Positions 9,954 through 19,737 of a DNA stretch of 64,000 nt are shown here, in pieces (the first letter of the stretch is position 1; every line of letters begins with the position of its first letter). Both the position numbers and the translations under genes were made by a program. The stretch lies in IMG/VR virus record IMGVR_UViG_3300032330_000956, positions 15,300 to 79,299 of that record; one strand, 5' to 3'. The notes below the pieces were generated by a model, which saw nothing but the letters and a program-made list of their open reading frames with translations, searched no databases and was not told where the DNA came from. The DNA is from a virus (lineage: Duplodnaviria; Caudoviricetes).

Positions 9954-10447
9954 TAAAATTCCTCGTTGTTAATTAGTTTATGTGTAAACCAGTAATAGTT
10001 GCAACGGTCACAACATACATTGTTGCGGATCTTTTTAGATTCCCGCTCAAACTCAAAGTAATACTCTGAATCTTTATTATATAGATTTCCACGATGGGTA
10101 ATCTCAATCTTGTTGGCAATTGATTCGTCTGTCATCCAGCCTGGAACTGTAAGTCCATCGCCACGATGATAGTTTGATTCATGCATTTCTTCAATAGCTG
10201 TCCAGTTTTTTTCTGTCTTAATACCACGCCTCTTGCACTCACGCATAACAGAATATAGATATTTGTATAGCATGTTTTCATGATTTTTCCACATGCGAGT
10301 AGCTGGATGATTTACCCAGCCCGCTGTGCGACCAAGAAGTGCTGCATAAATTTGACGACCCTCAAGTAGTTGCTTGTTAAGTCGCTTGTTGTCTAATGCT
10401 TGTGCGGATAAATCAAAATTATAAACGTAAGGTAGAAAAGTTTGCAT
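9953..10447 (-). CDS. pyrimidine-dimer DNA glycosylase-like (DenV / MSMEG_6728 family)
   Basis: MQTFLPY, LDNKRLNKQLLEGRQI, GWVNHPATRMW, HRGNL..KD..YY. Confidence 0.75.
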   Translation of the reverse strand: MQTFLPYVYNFDLSAQALDNKRLNKQLLEGRQIYAALLGRTAGWVNHPATRMWKNHENMLYKYLYSVMRECKRRGIKTEKNWTAIEEMHESNYHRGDGLTVPGWMTDESIANKIEITHRGNLYNKDSEYYFEFERESKKIRNNVCCDRCNYYWFTHKLINNEEF

Positions 10448-10465
10448 ATTAATCCAATCAATTGT

Positions 10466-10498
10466 GTTAGGGGACTAGCATAACACTAGCCCCCTAAC
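10466..10498 (-). terminator. stem-loop after SSB gene (possible terminator)
   Basis: GTTAGGGGACTAG-N7-CTAGCCCCCTAAC inverted repeat. Confidence 0.55.
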
Positions 10499-10513
10499 TT
10501 TGTCAATAATTAT

Positions 10514-11182
10514 TTACCACTCAACGGATGATGATGTGGATGAATCAGAATCTGATGTGCGACCAAGATAGAAATCTTCCTGCTCATCATATGTAACATC
10601 ACGAACTGCAACCTTTTCAAGGTCTACCAGTTCATACTTTTCCACATCAACTGGCTGAATATCAGCAGTCGGGAGTGGGATGATACTGTAATTAGTATCA
10701 GTCTTTTCACCTGTGCGCTTCAAACGCCAGATAACATCTGTGATGCTACCAGTCTCACCAGCATACTGGATAATTTCTGGAGTTGCACTCTTTGGTCCTG
10801 CACCCTGCGAGAAAATTGCAACGTATGGCTCTTCCGTACCATCATCAACAAGTACGTTGATGTATAGTCGGCTACGACCCTTCCATCCAATTTTTGGATC
10901 ACGGCGATGCTGCTCACATCCGTAGCAACGACCCTGATCGTCAATAGAGCATAGAGCCTTACGGCGGTAATCGGTTGGATTTGTGTGTTCAACGGCAATA
11001 AAGCCAAGTCCTGCATCTGCAACGTAATTCTTTGAGTCTGGGTCAAGTTCCTGCAGGAAGCGAATCTTAACACTCTGATTGTCGTTTAGCTTAAGCCAAC
11101 GACCCTTTGGACCATCTGCATAATTTGATGCTGGCTTGTCCAGAGCCTTGTTCATAGCGGATAAACCTTTTACTAATCCCAT
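10514..11182 (-). CDS. single-stranded DNA-binding protein (gp32/gp2.5-like)
   Basis: WLKL..Q.VKIRFL, Cys motif LCS...CYGCE, acidic C-terminal tail ending in aromatic VEW. Confidence 0.75.
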   Translation of the reverse strand: MGLVKGLSAMNKALDKPASNYADGPKGRWLKLNDNQSVKIRFLQELDPDSKNYVADAGLGFIAVEHTNPTDYRRKALCSIDDQGRCYGCEQHRRDPKIGWKGRSRLYINVLVDDGTEEPYVAIFSQGAGPKSATPEIIQYAGETGSITDVIWRLKRTGEKTDTNYSIIPLPTADIQPVDVEKYELVDLEKVAVRDVTYDEQEDFYLGRTSDSDSSTSSSVEW

Positions 11183-11231
11183 TGTATATCTCCTATAGTG
11201 TAATTGGGCTATATTGTGCCCTTGTCTTATT

Positions 11232-11240
11232 ATTATACCA
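11232..11240 (-). promoter_or_regulatory. extended -10 promoter TGGTATAAT upstream of SSB
   Basis: Perfect TG-n-TATAAT; same 9-mer recurs at 21146, 33765, 38099 and 52276, each intergenic. Confidence 0.65.
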
Positions 11241-11243
11241 TCA

Positions 11244-12209
11244 TTACATGGCTGTTGTCAAGGCATATTCATAATGCGGAACAGCATTAATAATACATGT
11301 CCTAATTTCTTCTGGAGTTAATTCTCCAGCATCTTTTGCTTCATGTGGATATATCATATCATAACTATACGAACTCCACAAGATATTTTTATTATTTAAT
11401 CTGTTGGCGATATTGGTGCCAAGTTTTCTACCAGCCTCATCATTATCTGTCATGATAATAATAGTAGATGCGTATCGATTAAGTAATTGAATTTGTTCTT
11501 TTGATAAATGTGCCCCTAGTGTGGCTACAACATTTGGAAATCCCGCCTGAGCAATTAGAATTGCATCAAAAGATGATTCGCAAACGATAATCTTTCCACC
11601 ATGCTTTTTGGCAGAACTAAGATTAAATAAAGTTTTATTGCGTGGAAGATTCTGACTATTCTTAAATGCTTTTCCCTCAACCGATCTACCAATAATTCCC
11701 ACCAACATTCCATCTGGAGAGCGCAATGGAACTGTCACCATATCATGCACAGCGGAATATCCAAGAGAAAAGTCTTTTATTGACTCTATAGATATACCCC
11801 TAGAATAAAAATAGCTTAGAGCTGTTTCATTATTTAATAATTCATTGTGTAATCTAGTAGCAGTTTCTGTAGAAAATTCTACAAAATCTGGCTTTTGCTC
11901 TAAAAGATCTGAAAGTTCATCGGAAACATCCGAACTTGATTGCTTATTAGCCAAAATAAATCTAATTGCTTCAAAATCGTTTCTGTGTGTAGTTTCTTTA
12001 ACTAAATCATTTAGTGTACCTCTAGCATCACAGGATGGATTAAAACAAAAGTAAAGACCTTTATTATAGTCTACTTCAAATGATGGGCTATTGCGATTGG
12101 CATGAAATGGGCACAAGCATAAAAAATGCTGTCCAGTTTCTGATTCAATCTTAAGATTTAGGGCATTAAGAATTGATCGGATATCCGATTTGGTATAAAC
12201 ATCGTTCAT
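11244..12209 (-). CDS. dnaG: DNA primase (CHC2 zinc finger + TOPRIM)
   Basis: CLCPFH..R.PSF...YFCFNPSC; VCESSFD; MTDNDEAG. Confidence 0.9.
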   Translation of the reverse strand: MNDVYTKSDIRSILNALNLKIESETGQHFLCLCPFHANRNSPSFEVDYNKGLYFCFNPSCDARGTLNDLVKETTHRNDFEAIRFILANKQSSSDVSDELSDLLEQKPDFVEFSTETATRLHNELLNNETALSYFYSRGISIESIKDFSLGYSAVHDMVTVPLRSPDGMLVGIIGRSVEGKAFKNSQNLPRNKTLFNLSSAKKHGGKIIVCESSFDAILIAQAGFPNVVATLGAHLSKEQIQLLNRYASTIIIMTDNDEAGRKLGTNIANRLNNKNILWSSYSYDMIYPHEAKDAGELTPEEIRTCIINAVPHYEYALTTAM

Positions 12210-12220
12210 TGTTTTTTTGC

Positions 12221-12502
12221 CTATCTAGGAATAAAATTTTGCCCAGAAAATCCTTCGAATTTTTGAGCCTTACTCTTGCCTAAGTATACACCATAGACTT
12301 CTAATTGAAAAGTATAATTGTCTTTTAGGTGATTATATTTTACACACCATTGCGGGTCTAAGTCTAAAACGGGAACATATCCATTAGATCGCATCTCATC
12401 TATTAATAATTTAAGATACATTTCTTTTAACCTAACCATGTCAGAGTCGCTCTTAATGATTCCATTAAGGTAAAAACTCTTTATATTTCGTTTTAACATC
12501 AC
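12221..12502 (-). CDS. hypothetical protein
   Basis: 93-aa ORF with SD (AAGGAAGG) between helicase and primase. Confidence 0.65.
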   Translation of the reverse strand: MMLKRNIKSFYLNGIIKSDSDMVRLKEMYLKLLIDEMRSNGYVPVLDLDPQWCVKYNHLKDNYTFQLEVYGVYLGKSKAQKFEGFSGQNFIPR

Positions 12503-12552
12503 GACCTTCCTTACAAACCATTTTACCAGGAATATAAGGGTTTACATAATGT

Positions 12553-13776
12553 TTAAAAGGGTTGTTCGTAGATTTCTTTAACGATACCCCGATTAATATC
12601 CCAGTCAAGGAAAAAATTAAAATCGGTACCGTGACGATTCTTTCTACTAACTACTTCAATAATATTAGTGTCAGGGGTTCTATGTACCGCCATTGCCATG
12701 TCAGCATCATATTCGATAGCTTTTGACCATGCCACCTGTGACAATAATGGTGGAGCATCCTGATCTGATACATCATCCATTGTTGCTGCAGTAATATCAA
12801 TAACAGGAATGTTATTTCGTACCGCCAAGTTTTTAAACTCACGAGAAATATTCATGTTACGCTCTGTTGGAGCTTTTGAATTATTGCTATCCGTAAACAA
12901 TTGGTGGTAATCAAGGATTACGATATCTGGTTTATGTTGATCAATCTTAGCCTGAACAGTTGTTGGGGTGACTTGACCTGAACCCTCGTTAGATACAAGG
13001 ATAAAGCCATTGGTATCCAAGAACTTCTTCTTAGCCCAAGAACCAAAATCATCTGGATTTACAGTAGCTTTAGCAAAATCTGATGCCTTAAACAAACCTG
13101 AGCCAAGCATGGTGTAAATACGGTCACGCATATTTTCAGGTGTCATCTCAAGGGAAACAATCATTGGCTTAAATCCTTGTTCCCATGCCTTGCAAGCAAG
13201 ATAGGAACTCATCCAAGTCTTTCCACGACCCGCCCAACCAATCATAACAATTAGGTGTCCTGGAGCCATTCCAGTGGGGTATGCTAAATCAATAGCTTTA
13301 AAGCCAGTCATAATACCTGGACTTCCGCCCATTTCAGCAGAGCGTGTTCTTACGGCATCAAAATGTTTTTCCGCTAACTCATAATCTGTAACATCTACAT
13401 CTCGTACAGTATTTGTTAGGCGAGTAAGCTTCATCAATTCTGAAGACATATCTGAAATTACTCGTGATGCTGCATTAGTCTTTAGACTGTTGCCAGAATT
13501 AAGAAGCATGTTGCGAATGCGAGATGTAAGATAATCATTTTTAAGCTGATCTAAATAATAGGCAGTTTCTCCTTTTACAATGACTGGCTCAAAATCTTTA
13601 AACTTTTCCTGCAACACAGATGCATCTGGAACAGCACGAAACTTATTATAATAAGATTTAAGACCATCCCAAACATCTCTATGCGATACAAATACATCAT
13701 CAATGTTCTCAGCAAGTACGGTTGAAATATCTTTGTTGTTGCATACTGACGAAATTAGGGCTGCTTCACTATTCAT
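12553..13776 (-). CDS. dnaB: replicative DnaB-like helicase
   Basis: Walker A GWAGRGKT, SLEM, VILDYHQL, WSKAIEYDAD, KNRHG. Confidence 0.92.
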   Translation of the reverse strand: MNSEAALISSVCNNKDISTVLAENIDDVFVSHRDVWDGLKSYYNKFRAVPDASVLQEKFKDFEPVIVKGETAYYLDQLKNDYLTSRIRNMLLNSGNSLKTNAASRVISDMSSELMKLTRLTNTVRDVDVTDYELAEKHFDAVRTRSAEMGGSPGIMTGFKAIDLAYPTGMAPGHLIVMIGWAGRGKTWMSSYLACKAWEQGFKPMIVSLEMTPENMRDRIYTMLGSGLFKASDFAKATVNPDDFGSWAKKKFLDTNGFILVSNEGSGQVTPTTVQAKIDQHKPDIVILDYHQLFTDSNNSKAPTERNMNISREFKNLAVRNNIPVIDITAATMDDVSDQDAPPLLSQVAWSKAIEYDADMAMAVHRTPDTNIIEVVSRKNRHGTDFNFFLDWDINRGIVKEIYEQPF

Positions 13777-14092
13777 TTTCTTCTACCATCTTTTTTGTTT
13801 GTTCTAGCAAAAATTTTCTGCGTTCTTTATCTTGTTGCAACTTTACCATATTCTCATCGATCTTGTCAAAATTATAAAAAAACCAAGTTAAAGGATGACC
13901 TGGTTTTGTGATTTTGAAATAGTATTCCAATAGTTCTTTTGACCTATCGTAGCCTACGCTATCTATTACGTCTTGCATAGCCCACTTTTCTCTGTGACGA
14001 TTAATGTGTGGGGCTTTGGAATATTTTTCCTGATATAATGCAGCATACTTACTCACCAAAGCATGAGCAAGTTTAGCATCTTCTTTTGTCAT
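13769..14092 (-). CDS. hypothetical protein (possible helicase partner)
   Basis: Overlaps dnaB start; function inferred only from position. Confidence 0.55.
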   Translation of the reverse strand: MTKEDAKLAHALVSKYAALYQEKYSKAPHINRHREKWAMQDVIDSVGYDRSKELLEYYFKITKPGHPLTWFFYNFDKIDENMVKLQQDKERRKFLLEQTKKMVEENE

Positions 14093-14304
14093 TATTTCTT
14101 GTTACCCTTAAGTTCGGCTTCAATTTCATTTGCCTTTTCAATAACCTTGTCTTCAACAAACTTATAAACTCTATCTGTTGCATCATTAGTATTTTCACCT
14201 TGTCTTACAAAGTCTTCAACACCAATTGATACACGAATGCTTTCATAATTCCCCAAGTTGCGAACAAACTGCAACTCTACTCTAACACTTGTATTATTGT
14301 TCAT
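14092..14304 (-). CDS. hypothetical protein
   Basis: 70-aa coupled ORF (NLGNYESIRV motif). Confidence 0.65.
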   Translation of the reverse strand: MNNNTSVRVELQFVRNLGNYESIRVSIGVEDFVRQGENTNDATDRVYKFVEDKVIEKANEIEAELKGNKK

Positions 14305-14506
14305 CCTGATCTCCCGTCAAAAAGCCCAGAGGCTTCATTTTTTTATTGTCTTTGATATTACTTAGCAATTCATATAATAGCATAAGTCGGTCTGATATAG
14401 CAAGCATTGTTTCTGTATCGCCCTTTTTCTTTGCTATTCTATAGGATTTATTAAGTACCTCAAGGGATGATTTTAATATCTGCTTTGGATTATCTTCAAT
14501 ACTCAT
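14294..14506 (-). CDS. hypothetical protein
   Basis: 70-aa coupled ORF. Confidence 0.6.
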   Translation of the reverse strand: MSIEDNPKQILKSSLEVLNKSYRIAKKKGDTETMLAISDRLMLLYELLSNIKDNKKMKPLGFLTGDQDEQ

Positions 14507-14509
14507 AGT

Positions 14510-15025
14510 TTACCATTCTGGTTGTTTCCAGACGGGAACAAATTCTCCATCTGGATTTTTAGCGTAGAGAACCTTTTCATTTCTCATCAAGGCTTCAAGT
14601 TCAGCCCTGCTGGGAATATTACTTGTTGTGATCATTCCATCTTTTCTGGGTCTTCCCCGATGAACTGTTTTAAAAAATTCGTGAAGACTAATCATATCTT
14701 CTTCACTAAAATAAAATTTTCCTGGAACTCTGTTTTCGTCAAGGGTGTAGACTTGCTGAGGTTTATTTATATCCCCTGCTCGCCAATGTCTTTTAATTGT
14801 ATCCGAGCTTCTACCAATTAACTTGGCTGCTTGGGTTATGGTGTATGCACTTTTTTTATTTTTTAATACATCAGTAAGAGAATAAGCAACTCTCTTACCT
14901 GACTCATAATCCCAAGCAATCAGCAAGTCTTCTGCACGATTACGATGTAATGCCTTGTGTATTTTATCATTTAGATAAAAGTACAATATTTTTTCGCTAG
15001 GCTTTTTTCTTTTTGTTGCAGCCAT
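14510..15025 (-). CDS. MerR/excisionase-like HTH DNA-binding protein with AT-hook
   Basis: YTITQAAKLIGRSSDTIKRHWRAG HTH; RGRPRK AT-hook. Confidence 0.7.
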   Translation of the reverse strand: MAATKRKKPSEKILYFYLNDKIHKALHRNRAEDLLIAWDYESGKRVAYSLTDVLKNKKSAYTITQAAKLIGRSSDTIKRHWRAGDINKPQQVYTLDENRVPGKFYFSEEDMISLHEFFKTVHRGRPRKDGMITTSNIPSRAELEALMRNEKVLYAKNPDGEFVPVWKQPEW

Positions 15026-15156
15026 GTTCCTAAAGCATTCCCATCTTTTTTAATCATCCATCTTTTTCCGCATGCCATACAGAATAATTCTACTCTTTGT
15101 TTTTGAGAAAAAACTCTGTCGACAAACACTCTACCTTGACAATTTTTACAAAACAT
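14971..15156 (-). CDS. zinc-ribbon protein
   Basis: CKNC...CMACGKRW. Confidence 0.65.
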   Translation of the reverse strand: MFCKNCQGRVFVDRVFSQKQRVELFCMACGKRWMIKKDGNALGTWLQQKEKSLAKKYCTFI

Positions 15157-15471
15157 TTACTTCTTTGTTGGCAATAAATTAAACTTGATTAGCCATGCAT
15201 TAAAAGCTGTATTTTGTAGTGCATAAACATAAACAATTTGTGATGCTGTATAGATATAGGTAGAGTGCTTTGCCGTATCTAAAAGATCAATTGTTCCATT
15301 CTTTAAAAAGTAAGCACTGACATAGCCCGTCAAAAGACTAAGTGCGCCAGCGATTGCATTTGATGCCTTTGGTGAAAGGTTAATAGTCTTTACCAAAGAT
15401 GTTGCTAGGGTAACTAAAATACCCAATCCCAAAAATAATAGGGATGTTGTTTGTGTATCTGTTAGATTCAC
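15157..15471 (-). CDS. holin-like membrane protein
   Basis: 104 aa, 2-3 hydrophobic segments, basic C-terminus. Confidence 0.55.
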   Translation of the reverse strand: MNLTDTQTTSLLFLGLGILVTLATSLVKTINLSPKASNAIAGALSLLTGYVSAYFLKNGTIDLLDTAKHSTYIYTASQIVYVYALQNTAFNAWLIKFNLLPTKK

Positions 15472-15490
15472 TTTAATCTCCTTAGATTAA

Positions 15491-16252
15491 TTATGCGGAA
15501 AACTTTTTTCCGTCAACATAGCAAGTATAATCTGGGGTAATTTGAATTAGTTGAATATGGGGGAAGTTACCATTTTCAACATGTGCTACCGCAAATCCTG
15601 CTTGCCAATTTTTTGTGATGGTATAATCCATCTTGCTAACATCTGTAAGATGCCCAATTTCAAATCCCCGCAACTCTTGTCCAGTAATGCTGTATGTTTG
15701 AAAATAAGTTCCCATACGATGTGAATGTCCACGAACCAAAGATACTCCCCAGTTATTAACATCATTTCTTACAGACTCTCCAGCATGCTTGGAAATAGAT
15801 TCTCCGTGATGAGCATACATATCTCCAAAGCGATGCACTGGTTCCTGATCGTATTCATGCCAAACAAATCCTGCGTTTTTGTAATCATATAGGGAATCTG
15901 GTGTAATATATTCTAGAAAAGCTGGTGCTTTCTTAGCAAGATAATCTCCATGACGAGTCCATCCATGATTTCCATCATGAAAATGCTTGTCTGCCTTTGG
16001 CACAATTTTATTAATTTGATGAAGAAATTCCTTAGTTCCAGTAACTCCGCCATCACTTACAGGAATTGTAAATTCAAGAGGGGAATCTGAAGCCCAACGG
16101 CTTGTAGAATCTGCATCATCAATATCTCCCAATAGGTCAACTGCATCTGGCTTCCACCACTTCATTACCTTTAGAAATAACTCAACTTTGCGTGGGTCAT
16201 GGCGAGGAAAATGTACGTCACTTACCATCATCCACTTAAGATCGTTTGTCAT
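15491..16252 (-). CDS. calcineurin-like metallophosphoesterase
   Basis: SDVH, GDIDD, DGNH, HGES, GHSHR motifs. Confidence 0.85.
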   Translation of the reverse strand: MTNDLKWMMVSDVHFPRHDPRKVELFLKVMKWWKPDAVDLLGDIDDADSTSRWASDSPLEFTIPVSDGGVTGTKEFLHQINKIVPKADKHFHDGNHGWTRHGDYLAKKAPAFLEYITPDSLYDYKNAGFVWHEYDQEPVHRFGDMYAHHGESISKHAGESVRNDVNNWGVSLVRGHSHRMGTYFQTYSITGQELRGFEIGHLTDVSKMDYTITKNWQAGFAVAHVENGNFPHIQLIQITPDYTCYVDGKKFSA

Positions 16253-16263
16253 TTTATTACTTT

Positions 16264-16521
16264 CTACTTGTGAGCTTTACTATGTTGCTCTCTGGTACAC
16301 AGAAATAGATTTTCTATTCCGTTGTCTATTTTGTTTTCGTTTATATGATGTACAGTTTCCCATACATCTAATATTCTGTCAAGGTTTTTTTCTATTACCA
16401 ACCTATGCTCATAGTACCAGCCACCAAATGATTTTGGATGTTCTGGTATTTTTATGAGTATATATCCTTCTTTTGATATTTTAGATTCTCTTTTAACCCA
16501 AGACTTTAATATCTTATACAT
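16264..16521 (-). CDS. HNH endonuclease
   Basis: EHRLV...VHHINENKIDN..ENL...H. Confidence 0.8.
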   Translation of the reverse strand: MYKILKSWVKRESKISKEGYILIKIPEHPKSFGGWYYEHRLVIEKNLDRILDVWETVHHINENKIDNGIENLFLCTREQHSKAHK

Positions 16522-16976
16522 TATGCATAGGAAATTAAAAGTAAGTTTACTATTACCATAAGAGGCTTTTTTGTAGAAATAGTCCCTGCTGGTGCTAGAG
16601 AATCAACACTAACCGTTACTGTATGCTGACCATTTTCATTTTTAATGTTAGTTGATGTTATAAGCTTATACTGACTAATATCATGTGTAGCAGAAATACT
16701 AGCAATCGCTACTGGAAATTTTGGCTTACTTTGAAACCCTTTAACGGAAAATGTTACAGAATCGTTAATCTTGGTTAATTTTTTAGTTGACGCACCTGCA
16801 TAAATTTGAATACCCGCTTCACCATCACCAGAAATTAATCTAAGTCCTGTGGCAGAATCTCCACTCGCTGTATTATCAAAATGAAATTGTGTTTTTTGAT
16901 CTAGCTTGCTCTTATTTGAATCGATAGTATTTTTAATCTGATTAATATCTGCTACTGTTAAACTAACATTATCCAT
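16521..16976 (-). CDS. hypothetical protein (possibly virion-associated)
   Basis: 151-aa beta-rich ORF in tail operon. Confidence 0.55.
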   Translation of the reverse strand: MDNVSLTVADINQIKNTIDSNKSKLDQKTQFHFDNTASGDSATGLRLISGDGEAGIQIYAGASTKKLTKINDSVTFSVKGFQSKPKFPVAIASISATHDISQYKLITSTNIKNENGQHTVTVSVDSLAPAGTISTKKPLMVIVNLLLISYA

Positions 16977-17352
16977 CTAATGGTTCTCCTTCTTTTTGAA
17001 GTCCCGCCTCTTTTTTGCTGACGAGAACAATTTCGTGCTTTTTAAATCCAAGTGATTTGATTATATCTGGATTGGTAATTAAACTTTTTTTATTATCTAT
17101 AATAAGATATATTTTACCACTAGATATATCTCTGATCAAAGATCCGTCTCTGAAGCCAATAACTCCAACAATTTTGCAATCATTCATTACAGATTCAGAA
17201 GTTTTTACCGTTCTTAGATTCCATGATTCTCTTGCCCGCTCAGACACAAATCTAAATCTTTTTTCACCCTTAACATAAAAATATCCTTTTTCTGTATGGG
17301 CAATCATTCCACTTGGAATGCGGGGATTTACATTAGTTTGCTTTTTGAACAC
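16969..17352 (-). CDS. hypothetical protein
   Basis: 127-aa ORF with two internal G-x-L/I-x repeats. Confidence 0.6.
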   Translation of the reverse strand: MFKKQTNVNPRIPSGMIAHTEKGYFYVKGEKRFRFVSERARESWNLRTVKTSESVMNDCKIVGVIGFRDGSLIRDISSGKIYLIIDNKKSLITNPDIIKSLGFKKHEIVLVSKKEAGLQKEGEPLDG

Positions 17353-17569
17353 TTACTTGTAATTCCTGAATACGCTGTTCACGGGCTTGAATCTCTTGTG
17401 TTGCTTGTGCTTTTAGCATAGCAAGATTTGTTTCGTATTGGCTAGTGATTTGACCAATACGATTTTGTAGTTCCTGAACTAATAATTCTAGTGTCTGAAA
17501 ATCCTTTGCCGATGGCTGTGGAGCCACATAGCGGGGATCTGGTACAAATTCTGTTGTCTCTTCTGACAT
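17333..17569 (-). CDS. coiled-coil hypothetical protein (possible fibre chaperone)
   Basis: 78 aa, QELQNRIGQITSQYE heptads; follows tail fibre. Confidence 0.6.
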   Translation of the reverse strand: MSEETTEFVPDPRYVAPQPSAKDFQTLELLVQELQNRIGQITSQYETNLAMLKAQATQEIQAREQRIQELQVSVQKAN

Positions 17570-17628
17570 TTATATCTCCTTTGTGTATGTTTACCAATTG
17601 TACTATTTGTATTTTTATAATGCAAGTA

Positions 17629-19737
17629 TTATTGCATAGTTCCATAAGAATACGCACTTGCTGTCATTTGTACTGCATGAATTGCATAATAAACATTTGC
17701 TACAAAAGAAAAAGCTGTACCGCTATAATTATGAAATCTTATAGTACAGCCAGATGCTGTTACTAATGTAGCTGGAATAGAAATTTCAATATTTCTACTA
17801 AAAGGCGTTGTAGTTCCAGTTGCCCATGTTGCAGTAACTACAGGTGCAACTGAAAATCTTCCAGATGGAAATGGAATTGTCGCATCAACAAAGCTTCCAT
17901 CAGAAATAGATGTTGTTGGGGCTGCAAAATATCCCGTAGAAGTTGCAAATGGCAAATTTCCAGAAATTAATTTTGGTCCTGCGGTCCAAGTGTCGGATGC
18001 TGATTGATATAAATATGTTGTTCCCTGATAGACTGGAACTTGATAATACTGAGACACAGTATAGTAATCTGATGTTACTACGTTGGAACTTAAAGCAGAT
18101 GCACCAAAATAATAAGCTGAACTTAATTTTATTGCGCCCGAATCTTCGGTAAAATTTGATGCTGAAGATGGATTTATAGTTTTTGTATTAAATATTGAAA
18201 GGTTGGTAGCTCCACCATAAATACCAAAATATCCAGGAATTAAATAAAATTGTGAATTTCCATAAATACCATTAAGACCATATGGACTATATCCAATTGC
18301 ACTTCCCGTTCCATTTGCAATGGATAATGAAACATTTTGATCAGCAACGTGTCCAATTTTAATATCGAACAACCCAGAAGAACTTCCAATACTAACAGCT
18401 CCTGTAAAAGATCCAGATGTTGCATTTATATTTCCTGTTACTGAAAGATTTCCATTAGACATAGAAATAGCACCAGATGCTCCAGCTAATCTAAAGTTAC
18501 CTGCTTTGTCAACATAGAAACCGCTGCCAGTTGAAGATGCTGTTTGAATACCATTAATAACACTGTACATTTGTCCGAGTTGACCATTAAGTGTAATATT
18601 ATTTGCTGTAGCACTTGCTGCCGAACCACTATTTCCAATAATAAAGTTTGTTGATCCCGACCCTTCAGATGCAATACCTGTTGTTAAAACTTGGAATCTA
18701 GCAATTGTAGGGCTTGCTCCAGTTGCTGTAGGGATGCTAAACATTTGAATACCATTCCCATCATATCCAAATAAACCTGTTGAGTCAAGAATGACTCTTT
18801 GTCCCGATCCCGCATTTGTTCCTGCATACAAAGAGCCACCAGATTGCACTTGAACTGCACCAGTAAATGTTCCAGATTGTGCTGTGATATTTCCACTAAA
18901 AGATCCAGAAGTTGCATTAATATTTCCTGTAATGGATGCGCTTGTGGCAGTTAAAGCACCTGTTTGCGTAACTCTAAATTGTGATGCGGAACCAAGAGCA
19001 AAACCATTTGCTGAATCTAAAGAAATGTTGGTGGCTGTTAAAGCATTTGATCTAATGGAAAACCCACCGATTGAACCAGATGTTGCTGAAATACTTCCAG
19101 AAATACTAGCATTTGTAGCATTTAATAAACCAGCACTTGTAACAGAAAATTGTGCTAAAGCAGGATTTGTATTTCCTGCATAAAATGGATATCCTGTTGT
19201 GTTCATTCCTACGGCATTTGTTCCAGTGCCCGCTGTTAAATCAGATGCGCCAATAGCCCAACCACCAATTAATCCCGCACCCGCATAAATAGTGCCTCTA
19301 AAATAAGCATTACCATCTACGGTATTTAAAAAAAATTGGGCTTGACCAGAAGATGTTGTAGCAAATTTGTATCCAAGAATGCCAGTGCTATTTATAATTA
19401 CCGCACCCGTGTTGGCAGATCCAGTTAATTGAGAAATTACACTTGCAGTACCATTCCAAATATCTGCTAGTTGAGCTTTTCCTGCATACTTAATTCCATT
19501 TTTATCTAACCCACCAGCAGTTAATGCACCACCAACAACACTTCCAGAATTCTGAGCTAATGCAGTAACAACAGCACTATTAATGCTAGTCAGTTGCGAA
19601 CCGTCTGAATTTGTTAATGGCGTAGTAAATTGATAAACAATTGAATTGGGAGAATAATTGCCATTATCATCTTTGGCTCTCACCATAACATTGTATGTCT
19701 TGCCTGGCTGAAGTTTGGTTAAATCAATACTAGCCAT
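17629..19737 (-). CDS. tail fibre / minor tail protein (N-terminal FnIII-like, beta-repeat shaft)
   Basis: LQPGKTYNVMVRA FnIII signature; repeated G.IGG(W/F), A.ISG.I.ATSG repeats. Confidence 0.75.
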   Translation of the reverse strand: MASIDLTKLQPGKTYNVMVRAKDDNGNYSPNSIVYQFTTPLTNSDGSQLTSINSAVVTALAQNSGSVVGGALTAGGLDKNGIKYAGKAQLADIWNGTASVISQLTGSANTGAVIINSTGILGYKFATTSSGQAQFFLNTVDGNAYFRGTIYAGAGLIGGWAIGASDLTAGTGTNAVGMNTTGYPFYAGNTNPALAQFSVTSAGLLNATNASISGSISATSGSIGGFSIRSNALTATNISLDSANGFALGSASQFRVTQTGALTATSASITGNINATSGSFSGNITAQSGTFTGAVQVQSGGSLYAGTNAGSGQRVILDSTGLFGYDGNGIQMFSIPTATGASPTIARFQVLTTGIASEGSGSTNFIIGNSGSAASATANNITLNGQLGQMYSVINGIQTASSTGSGFYVDKAGNFRLAGASGAISMSNGNLSVTGNINATSGSFTGAVSIGSSSGLFDIKIGHVADQNVSLSIANGTGSAIGYSPYGLNGIYGNSQFYLIPGYFGIYGGATNLSIFNTKTINPSSASNFTEDSGAIKLSSAYYFGASALSSNVVTSDYYTVSQYYQVPVYQGTTYLYQSASDTWTAGPKLISGNLPFATSTGYFAAPTTSISDGSFVDATIPFPSGRFSVAPVVTATWATGTTTPFSRNIEISIPATLVTASGCTIRFHNYSGTAFSFVANVYYAIHAVQMTASAYSYGTMQ

